From NCBI GenBank assembly GCA_963514005.1, contig OY740814.1, positions 13,392,001 through 13,456,000 of the forward strand: DNA of 64,000 nt, written 5' to 3'. Source of the stretch: Raja brachyura (Eukaryota). The notes beneath the pieces are model-generated. The model saw only the letters and a list, made by a program, of their open reading frames with translations. It had not been told where the DNA came from and did not search any database. The translations under genes and the position numbers were made by a program. This document shows, piece after piece, positions 13,501-25,500 of the stretch (the stretch's first letter is position 1; every line of letters starts with the position of its first letter).

Positions 13501-16500
13501 GATAGAATAATGTAGAATTCCTGTGGCCCAGTGCCCCTAACACACAGTTCACCAAGCTCTAAACACTTGGGGAAAATTAGTAAGTTTTTGTCAGAGGCTT
13601 TATTTTTCAGTCTTGACTCTACTACTACTTAGAGAATGAGTATTTGCACTGGTCTTAAATATAAATGCCTTGTTGTTGCAATACCTGAATTGTGAATTTC
13701 AATGTTTCAGTTGAAAAGGACATTTTCAGTACAATTGCAAGAGAATTTGACTGAACTTCATGGAAAGCACAAGGTTGCAATGGAAGCTGCAAAGCAACAG
13801 TGGGTGGCAGAAAAAGAAATCAACATCAAGTTGCAAGTTGAGAGCCAGTTAGAGCTAGCAAAAACACAGTGGCAAGAAGAACAACAAAAAGTAATAACCT
13901 TGGAAATTAATGAATGTTCAAAAATTCTTTGACATGCAGAGGGTATACATTTACTCCTAGCCTAACATGAATCTTTTGTATGCTCAAGATTTTTCTGGTA
14001 TTTCTTAAGGAATTATTTAATTTAAAAAATATATATTTTATTGATTTATATTTTGATAATTGTTTTGTTCTGTATTAGCTGTTTTGTCTTTTTACTGATC
14101 TACATCCTGTCCACAAATAGAAAATACTTAATACTAGATTTTATTTTAACAATAAAACCTGTACATTGTTATTTTAATCGTGATAGTTTTAAATTGGAAG
14201 GATTATGTAAATGTTCCAGCTTCCATTCAGTGTAAAGCTAAAAAAGCCTGGAACCAAAGAAAATATAGGGACATTGCTGCCCCAGGACACCCAACGTGCT
14301 TTGCAGCCAGTTTAGTAGTCCAAAATATAGTTGTTGTAAAGTTGGGTAATTTTGTCACCAGAATGTACACATTATATACATGGTAATATACGCAGCACAG
14401 GGTAATACACACAACATCTACACAATATGGGTAATGTAACAGCATTACGTTGTCTGGGATAATGTTTCTTTCTTTGTTCTTTTGTTTGAGTAATAAATGC
14501 TATGTAGAGAATTGTGGGTAATACAACACCTTTCTCATTAATGCTGTTGCATCTGATAGGGTAGTATTCAGTGGTACTTCTTGCATTTAATGCACTGCAA
14601 ACCATGAGCCCAAAGAATTGATATAATGAGAACTTCTAAGATGAAGATTTCTGGATAAAAACCCATTTTATGATTGTGTAAAACTGAGTGTCGCCTGATG
14701 GAGGCTGCATTATGCACGTGATGCGCCGAATAATTCATTTCCATGCTGTATGACTCTGAGAATGCATCTCTCCTTGTTGGATTAATAACTTCTGTTCAGT
14801 TGCATGTAGTAATATAGCATTTGGGAATAGACAAAGTATTTGCAGCTCTGTGATGCACATGCTTGTGTACATTTATTCTAGATCCATGGAGTTGTGATTG
14901 CTAAACATTTATCAAAGCTACGTCTTAAATAGATCATACGTTTTTCATATAACAAGCATACATAATGTATCCTATCATTATACTCACAATTGAGGATGTT
15001 TTAATTTTGGGTATTGTTCTGTTGTCACTAATGTCTTTTTGATTTTAGATTAAGGAACAAGCAATACAAGAAGTTGAAACAGAATGGCAGCTTCGTCTCC
15101 ACAAGGCTGTAGAGCAAAAGACTTATTTAAAGAGAGAGACAGGAAGTCAAAATAAGGAATCACTTGACGGGGAGAAGGAGGTTTCTACATGTCAAGAATT
15201 GGAAGCTCAAATTGCAAGTCTAAAAATGACAATGGAGCAGCAAGCTAAGGAGGAAAAAATAGTGGCGGTTGGTAAAGCATTACAGCAACTTGAACTAGAA
15301 CTGCAGAAAAAGCATGAAGATAATGTGGCCAGACAGGTAAGATATGAAACATTGTACCAGCATAGAATATGATAATCCATGGTAAGTAATGCTTCAAAAT
15401 TATGACTAATTAAATATAACAAATTGCAGCAGCCTTGGCTGAGATATAAATCATCATAGCCACTGGTGAGTTGTGGGAAGACTGGAGGGTGGCTAATGTA
15501 GTGCCTCTATTTAAGAAGGGCACCAAAGAAAAACCTAGGAACTATAGACCAGTAAGATCAACATCTGTGGTAAGCAAATTACTGGAGAGGATTCTGCAAG
15601 AGATAAATGTTTTTGGGAAGACGTGGGTTGATTAGGGATAGTCAGCATGAGTTTGTGTGTGGAAGATCGTATCTCATTTGATTTTTGAAGAATAACCCAA
15701 AAAGTTGATAAGGGCAGGGCCATAGATGTACTTGGCCTTTTAGCAAGGTCTTTGTTAAAGTTTGCATGATAGGCTGATCTTGAAGGTTACTTCAAGTGGC
15801 TTAATAGTAGGAAACCGAGGGTGGAGATAGAAGGTTGTTTATCGGACTGGAGGCCTGTGACTAGTGGTATGCTGGCCCATTGCTGTTTCTCATCTATATC
15901 AGTCATTTTGGTTGTGCCATAGCTTATCGCAATGTCTTGGGATACATTTATCAGGCCCCAGGACTTTATCTATGTTTCTGTTTTAAGACCTCCAGCACCT
16001 CCTGTAACCTAGACTCTTTTTCAAGACATTGCTATCCCTTTTTTGCCCTCCTAACTGCACTCCTGCATCCTACACCTGACATATGTTTCTTACTTTTCCT
16101 TGACGAGAACCTCAATATCTTTTGACACCTCGTGTTCACTACTGCCAACCTTGCTCTTGACTCTTAACAGGAACATACTGGCCCTGAATTCACTCCTCTC
16201 ATTCTCATTTAAAAGCTTTCTACTTACGAGTTGTTCCTTTACCTGGAAGCCGTCTTCCCCCAATCAACTTTTGATAGTTCCTGTGTAATATCATCAAAAT
16301 TTGCCTTGCCCCAATTTAGGACTTCAACATTGAATGCTGGTCCCAAACGGCTCCCCAACTAACACTCGAGTCGCCTATCCTGCCTTATATCCGCAGAGGA
16401 GGTTAAGTTTTTCCTCGTCTCTAGTGCTATTTTCATATTGATTGTGAAAATCTTCACAAACACTGAACCAATTTCACCCCATTCAACCCCTGAGCACTTT

Positions 16501-19500
16501 GGCAGTCCCAGTTGATATTTAGAAAGTTATAATTTCCCACTATTCCAACCCTATTATTCTTGCAGCTATCTGTGATCTCTCTACAAATTTCCTCCTGTAC
16601 TTTTTTATGACATTGGAGAAGTAAAGTGTAATCCCATCAAAGTGATCGTGCCTTTATTTTTCAGTCCCAGTCATAGCTTCATTGGGCAATCCCCTAAGAA
16701 TATCTTCTCTTACAATTTCTTTTTTTATGAATCATTGATAAAATACATCTCTTGATGCTCCTGAATACGTCATCAGTGATGCAACCTGGGTCATTGGGTT
16801 TCGAGTCTTTCAACATCAGACACCCTCGCCGTGGTTGATCAGACCACAACTTGTGTTCAGGTGGCATTCACTCCTCCCCATGGACCTCCTCTCCTGATCC
16901 AGAACCATCTTGAGGCTTTCTCCGCTGCCTCTGAGGTGTTCTTGATGGCTCGTCTCCTCTCCATTACGCTGATGCCCAGTGCACTCAAGGCTTTGTAGAG
17001 CGATTGCCCTGCAAAACCTCTGCAGCCAACCTCGGTGGGCATACACCTTGCCATCCAGCCTTGCATACGGCAGTCTCTGACCAGCTCTTCATACTTGGTC
17101 ATCTTCCTCTCGTGCGCCTCCTCCAAACGGTCCTCCCACGGCACTGTCAGTTCCAACAAGACGATGTTTTTGGTCACCTCTGAGACCAGGAGGATGTCTG
17201 GCCTTGGGGTGGTCGTTGCAATGTGCCGTGGGAACTTCAGCTGATTCCTGCTTGCTGTGGTTTTTGGCTGCTGCAATCCGGCCTTCACGAAGGCGATCAT
17301 CTGGGTGGCACGGCGTGCTCATCTGCAGCTGCTGATTCCCATGCTGATGGCTTCACTTCCTCCTGGACCAGCCTGCGCCTCTCCTTCCCCTTGGCCTTGT
17401 CAAACTGGGGAGTTGGGAAGGTTTTCTATGAATCAAAATATATTATGAATCATTTTGTTGCATGGAAAATTTTATAAAATAAAATAACACTTATTTACTG
17501 CTTGAAACAATAACAATTGGAGAGGAATAGAAATGGTTAAAAAAATATTTTGTTTTTTAAGGTGGAAATAGCCTTAACAAAAGCTCGTGAACGTTGGTTG
17601 GAAGAATTGACTAACCTGCCTGAATACAGAGCCAATTTACAAATTGAGGAAACAAAATGGGGGAGAAAGCATGAAGAAGATGTAGAAATGCAGGTCGGGT
17701 GTTTCAGCCACATCTTTTTGCATAGTTTGACAGAGTCTGGCTACAAATGATTAATATTCAATTTAAGAAGCCTAAAAAAGATGGAGCTGAAACTTTTTTG
17801 AGAGCTTATTTTATTCAGTGATGTTCAGTTTTACTACAATATTTATAAAAAAATATTTTTCGATCTTTATACCCTACTCGTGTAAGAATTTCCCCCCCTA
17901 TGGTAAACAAGTATTGCATATAACATGAAATGTAAACTAGTATAGTTACTAATCTAGCATATAATATCAAATGTGAAACATTAGCGCAGAAATGACAGAG
18001 AATGGCACTTCATTATCCACTTATAATTGGATATTTCCAATTTGGTTTTGTCTGAATCAATTCCCTGTAGATTGTCCAGAATATTTTTAAAACCTGCAAT
18101 GTGAATTATTATTCATTTGTATGATTACAGTGCCCTCCATAATGTTTGGGACAAAGACCATGGACATTTATTTATTTGCCTCTGCACTCCACAATTTGAG
18201 ATTTGTCATTTTAAAAAAATCACATGTGGTTAAAATGCAATTTGTTAGAATTTCCAGCTGTGTTTATACATAGTTCCCCCCATTTTCAGGGCACCATAAT
18301 GTTTGGGACACATTGCTTCATCTCCACCCATCTGCTAAGTAACCCCCCAAGGTGTTTGCAATTGCTCGGGTGTGTTTCATTGCCTCATTAATGCAGGTAT
18401 AAGAGAGCTCTCAGCACCTTGTCTTTCCGCCAGTCTTTCCATAACCCTTGGAAACTTTTATTGCTGTTTATCAACATGGGGACCAAAGTTGTGCCAATGA
18501 AAGTCAAAGAAGCCATTATGAGACTGGGAAACATGATTAAAACTGTTAGAGACATCAGCCAATCCTTAGGCTTACCAAAATCAACTGTTTGGAACACCAT
18601 TAAGAAGAAAGAGAGCACTGGTGAGCTTACTAATCGCAAATGAACTGGCAGGCCAAGAAATACCTCCACAGGTGATGACAGAAGAACACCTGTCCGACAG
18701 ATCAGAAACACTCTTCAGGTGTGGATTTGTCAATGACCACTGTCTGCAGATGACTTCATGAACAGAAATACAGAGGCTACACTGCCAGATGCAAAAATAG
18801 GATGGCTGTTTTACAGTTTGCCAAGAAGTACTTAAAAGAGCAACCACAGTTCTGGGAAAAGGTCTTGTGGACAGATGAAATGAAGATTAACTTGTCTCAG
18901 AGTGATGGCAAGAGCAAAGTATGGAGGAGAGAAGGAACTGCCCAAGATCGAAAGCATACCACCTCATCTGTGAAACACGGTAGTGGTGGTGTTATGGCCT
19001 GGGCATGTATGGTTGCTGAAGGTACTGGCTCGCTTATCTTCATTGATGATACAATTGCTGATGGTAGTAGCATAATGAATTCTGAAGTGTATAGACACAT
19101 CCTATCTTCTCAAGTTCAACCAAATGCCTCAAAAATCATTAGCCGGCGGTTCATTCTACAGCAAGACAATGGTCCCAAACATACTGCTAAAGCAACAAAG
19201 GAGTTTTTCAAAACTAAAAAATTGTAAATTCTTGAGTGTGGCCAATTCAATCACCCGATCTGAACCCAATTGAGCATGCCTTGTATATGCTGAAGAGAAA
19301 ATTGAAGGGAACTAGCCTCCAAAACAAGCATACGCTAAAGATGGCTGCAATACAGGCATGGCAGAGCATCACCAGAGAAGACACCCAGCATGGGGATGTC
19401 CATGAATCGCAGACTTCAAGCAGTCATTGCATGAAAAGGATATGCAACAAAATATTAAACATGACTACTTTCATTTAAATGACATTCCCGTGTCCCAAAC

Positions 19501-22500
19501 ATTGACATTAAATGACATTCCCGTGCCCTGAAATGGGGGGACTATGTGTAAACACTGCTGTAATTTCTACACGGTGAAACCAAAATGACAATGTGCACTT
19601 TAACCACATGTGAATTTTTTTCTATTATAAATGTCAAATTGTGTAGTACAGAGGCAAATAAATAAATGATGGGTTCTGTCCCAAACATTATGGAGGGCAC
19701 TGTACGTAATTTTTATCTTGAAGTTAATCCTGTTCAGAAGCTGTGAACATGTTTTTTGAATGCAGCACATGTAACTTTTCCTTCGAAATTTAGTGCAGTA
19801 GAATGGAATTTCACAGGCAGTGTAAATTGTGCTGTTGCCACTTTACTGCCCTAAACACATTACCTTATTGTCTTCCAACTAATATAAGTAAACGCGCTAT
19901 AAGGTGAATTGGGGATGAAGTTATAGATTTAAGTTCTTACATTTTTCCAAATACAGTGCAATGGTAATTTGAAGATCTTGCCAACATAGAATAGCACATT
20001 CATTCCTTCAGGAAGAAGTCTTTTTATTGTACTAGATACACATTCAGCTTATGAAATAAAAAACTGAATAAATTCCTAGATTTGTACTCTGGCAGACTAT
20101 ATGTAGTAGTGTTCTGCAGGGCTCAGTTCTAGATCCCTTTTTGCAGAATGTAGGAATGATCTGGATGTTAATGACTAGATTTTAGTTACGTTTACGGTTG
20201 AGCACTGTGGGAATTGCAAGCTGTCTGTCATTGGTTTAATTTGGTGGCATAGATATATTTGAGGAAGGCAAACAAGGTAAAGAAATGCATGTAACTGAGA
20301 AGTTCTGAAATGTGTAGAGCAATTCAGGAATCTTAGAGTGTGCCCACTTACCCTTGATGATAAACACATAGTGCTGGCATAACTCAGCAAATGAGGCAGC
20401 ATCTGAGGAAGGAATGGATAGGCAGTGTTTCAGGTTGGGACCATTCTTCAGTCTTGTAGAGTGGAGATAGCTTTAAATGAGGCGGAAGTGAGACAAAGTC
20501 TGGCAATGGATAGGTGGGGGGGTTACTTAGCAGATGGGTGGAGATGAAAGGAGATAAAAGGGTAATGGGCAAAGTATGCCTACTTTGAAGATGTTCACTT
20601 CTCTCCTGGAGCCCTGAGAGACTCTTGCTGCCCCTCTGATTTCTGCTAATCTCCTGCACTTCGACCATGTTTTGACCTGGACTCGCTACTACAGCCATGT
20701 GTCTTTCCTCTAATCTGCCAATCAAACCCCACTTACCTGTATTATGGTCAGTAACTAGTGGTGATAGATTTAAATGACGGTGCAAGAGAGGGCAGAAAGA
20801 TTCTCTCTCCCCCCCACCCCCCAACTCTCGTCCCTCTGCCTCACCTGGAATTGCACATTGCATCCATTTCTTCCCTTTCCCGCTATATTCTTTCCTCTGG
20901 CTTCACAATTCACACGCCTATCCCTATCTCAAACTTTGTCCTTTGTCCAACCATCTGCCTATCAACCTCCACCCGCCTCACCTATATCCATGTACCACTT
21001 GCCAGGCTTTGTCCTGTTTGCACCTCTCTTCCACTTTCTGCCTCTAACACTACAATCAGTCTGAAGAAGAGTCCTGACCCAAAACATCACCTATCCATGT
21101 TCTCCAGAGATGCTGCCTGACCTGCTGAGTTACAGCAGCACTTTGTCTTTTTCATTGGAGTAAAGAAGTGTTGTTTTATCATTAAGATGGATTTGTTAAT
21201 TTGATCGTTACTTGTTATTTACAGATAGCAACAGTGCTGAGAGAAAATGAAGAAAAATGGAAGAAATATGCTTTGAAAGAAAGTGAGAAAGCTGGATCTA
21301 GTGTTAAAACTGTAGAATTACAGGAAAAAATCCACATCCTGGAACGTAATTTAGAACTTCAGAAAGAAGAAGCATCGGCAGTTGCTAAAGCGGAATTGGC
21401 AAAAGTTCAAACTCAGTGGAATAAGGAAAAACAAGAAGAGATCAACAGAATTCATGAATTAAATGAGAATGATTATCGAGCCTTCTTAGATGAGCATAGA
21501 CAAAAACTCAATGAGGTTCTTAAAGCAGCTAAAGAGGACTTTACAAGGCAGAGAAATGAGCTACTAGCACAAAAGGATGCAGAATTAAATCTACGTATCT
21601 TGGAGAAACAAAAAGAATGGTCAGCTCACCAAAAAGAACAGATTAGGTGTGAAAAACAGCAATACGAGTCTGAGCTTATTGCTGAAATTGAGCATTATTT
21701 GAGGCAAATCTCAAAACATATCAAGAAATCTGAGACTCCATATTTGAGAATAGAGAAATGTTGTAACTCCATCAACCCCATACATGCGCAGGGTGATAAG
21801 GTGAAAAACCAGCTCCAGGAAGTTTGTACAAAACTGGTTGAAGAGATCCTAGAGATTGTACAGAACGAGGTAATGGAAAGGAGCTATGTTGATAATTTGG
21901 AAAAATATGCTACCCTACATGGATTCTAAACTCATCATTGGTAGTTGCATTAGTTGTACACATCAATTGTTTTTCCTGCAAAGAACGCTCCTGCACTTAC
22001 GCACTCTTATGGTTTAGTAATGCTTGTGTCTACTGATTTCACTTCTATTCTCCCTTCACATTTAGAAAATCACATTGACCTTTACTGTGTTGATAATATT
22101 GTGATTAGCATATTTGAGACTTTACTTATGTGAGGCATCATGCCAATTTGTCTCATTTACATATGTGCTTTCAGATAGCAAAAAAGAATTTATGTACATT
22201 AATACTTCTAATAATGTCTCAATCAATATTTTGAGTGATTTGATTTATACATTGAACATTTTCTTTTAACAGGAGAATAAATTGGATCTGCAAAATGCAT
22301 TAAGACAAACAGAAAAGCAACATGAAGAATATAAAACTGAAAAGGAGGCACAGCTCAGGAAACTTGAGCTATCTGAACTTCAGCTCAAACAAGAATTAAA
22401 TCATTTGCAGCAAACGTTGAATATCATGCAGCAAAAGGAACTCAAACGTGGTATTTCAGTTATTCTTTCTAAATTCAAAAATTGAATGTGGTTAATATTT

Positions 22501-25500
22501 GCATTTAATTGTTTGAAACCAGTCCAGAGTTCTAAATGTTTATTTGTCATATACACCTGATATGAACCAGAATCATTATTTTTTTACAGGCACGTTAGGA
22601 GCAAACCAAACTAAATAAAATAAATAAACAAGTAAACATACAATAAATCATCAGATACTAAATAAACTAGACCAAGATAATGCAAAGTAAGCAGAGCAAC
22701 CATAGTAGTACAAAGTTGATTGTGGTTTGGTGCGGAGGTAGGGTTGTGCAAGCTAATTCAAAGACCAGATGCTTGGGATGAAGATGAAGATTAACTGATC
22801 TCGCCTTTCTTTACCTTCTTCCTGATGGTATCAGCGGGAAGATGGCATGATCAGGGTGGTGTGGGTCTTTGATATTAGCAGCCTAGGGTGAGCCATGTCT
22901 CTGTGACACAGAGTACACAGTATCCGCTCATGTCCTTTTGTTAAAGCAGTCTTGTTCTTAACTCCTCAAACTTATTTTCTAGAGACTGTACATTGACCGA
23001 GAGGATCCAAGGGAGGGGGTGGGGGGAGGAGTTTTAGTCCTTGGCACTTCATTCGTAGTTGAAGGCTACCCCAGTAACCTCCATTCCCAGGCTCAATGGG
23101 GGCCTCCTTGGTCTTTCCAGGTTTTGTATTCGGTGTCTCACGAGCTCTGGATCTCTGTCTGTCAACAATTGTAGGATTGTTAATTAAACTAAACGGTCCA
23201 AAAATCAGTTAGTTACAGCACTGATTGTGTGCCACGTTTCTTAGTCACAGGGCCTTTCACGAGAGACAGATTTTTATGACATCTGACTGCTAATTAAAAT
23301 GTGGAGTACCGAAAGAATAATGGAGAAATTATATTATTAAAGTTTAGGATCCACTTAAAATAAATTATATTGAACTCTTATTTTTAAATTGTAGCTGTGC
23401 TTTTAACCATGTTAAGATGTAATGAATATAATATATTGGCGAGGCCTCACTTCGAATAATGTGTCCAGGTTTAGTCATCCTGCTGTAGGAATGATGCCAT
23501 TCAGTTAGAAATAGTGCAAGAAAGATTAACAAGAATGTTGCCAAGACTCAAGAGACTGAATTATTGGGAGAGGTTGAGCAGGCTAGGATTTTATTCCTTA
23601 GAGCATACGAGACTGAAATTTGGACCTGTGAAGGTATATAAAATCGAGGGGAATGTGCAGCCTTTTTCCAGAATTAGGGAATCATGATTTGGAGGGCATT
23701 GGTTTCAGCTGAGAGACAAAAGATTTAATAAGAACCTGAGGGGGCACCTTTTTCACACACCGAGGGTGGTGGGTATTTGGAACAAGCTGCCAGAGGATGT
23801 AATTCGGGCAGGCACAAAAACATTACAGAGACATTTGCACAGGTACACGGATAGAAAAAGTTCAAAGGAATGTGGGTCAAATGCGGGAAAGTGGGACTAG
23901 CATATATCGGGTTCTGGTAACTTACTCAGCATGGTTGAGTTGGGTTGAAGGATCTGTTTACAAGCTGTATGACTCTGACTATTTAAGAAAGGGATCCAAA
24001 AATCTTGCAGAATGCATTTTCCTTTCAGTATTTTATTGGAAATTTTGAATATTTTCTGTTGAAAATTTGGTGTGCAGATCATACTTCTGGAACACAAAAT
24101 GTAAATCTTGAATGTCACCAATATGAGGAACAATACCAACCACAAGTAAGGAAATTTCAACAAGAATGTCAGCAACTAAAGAAAAAAATGGAGAAAATGA
24201 GTCAGCAGCTTCAGCTTGCTGTTCATGAACACAAAATCGATGTTCTGCATCTTAAAGGTCAGTTGTAAGTCTCATTCAAGTGAGACTACAGTTACTGATA
24301 TTGAGGAGGTGGAAGAAACACATACAGCCAATGGGCATTTTGAGCTTGTTATTCACTTCCCATTTTTCCCATTGAGGTCCCCATGTTTATGTTTGGGGCA
24401 AGACTTCAGATTGTCAGCACCAGACGCTATTCACAATTTGTTGGCATTTCCCATGTGTATATAATTTTGCTTGTGACACTAATAGTCAGGATAGTGAAAA
24501 AGTAGCTTGGCATGCTTGCCTTCATTGGTCAGGGCATTGAGCACAGGACTTGGAATTTCATGTTTAAAATATATAAATTATCAGTGAGACCACACTTGGA
24601 GGATTGTGTGCCGTTCTGGTTGCCCATAGGAAAATGTATAATTAGGCTAAAAGGGTGAGAGAAAAAAATGGACAAGCATGTTATCATGACTAGAGGGCTT
24701 TAATTATGAGGAGGGCCTGAATAAGCTGGGACTTTTTTCCTGGAGCATTGGAGGTTGTGGGGTGAAATTTTAACAAATTTAACAAATTCCGTGGCTTAGA
24801 TAAACACAGAATACTCAGTCTTTTTCTAATGGTTTTCTAGTAAAAAACTAGAGAACATAGATTTAAGGTGAGAGGAAAGATTTTAATGGATCTCAGGAAA
24901 GTCTTTCAGAAACGGGGTGGTGAATTTGTGGAACAAGCTGCCAGAGAAGGTGGTGGTGGTGGCAGTTGCAATTATGATGTTTAAAAGACATTGAGGCAAC
25001 TATATGGATACTAAAGGTTTAGAGGGAGATGGATTGAACGCAGGGAGATGAGACTAGCTCGGATAGATATCTTGGTCAGCAAAGGTAAGTTGGGCCGAGG
25101 GGCTTGTTACCGTGCCATATAAATCTGATTCTACAGGGATTGTCTGAGGAAAGCTTTGCAAGTTCAGTTACTGCACAAAGGCTTCCTTACAGTGGAATGT
25201 TAATATTATTGTGCCTGAAGATCTGTTTTACTTAATTTTATTAGATTGGAGGGACAGCGTCTCATATTTCACTTGGGTAGCTTATACCCCAGCGGTATGA
25301 ACATTGACTTCCCCAACTTCAAATCTCCCTTGCTTTTCCTTTCTCTCCATCCCCTCACATTCCCAGTTCTCCCACCAGTCTCACTGTCTCCGACTACATT
25401 CTATCTTTGTCCTGCCCACTCCCCTGACATCAGTCTGAAAAAGGGTCTCGACCTGAAACGTCGCCCATTCCTTCTCTCCATTCCTTCTCTCTGCCTGTCC

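Noticed and set aside
18419-19478. Active Tc1 transposase gene
   Set aside because: Split by stops, frameshifts and small deletions; both copies are pseudogenised.
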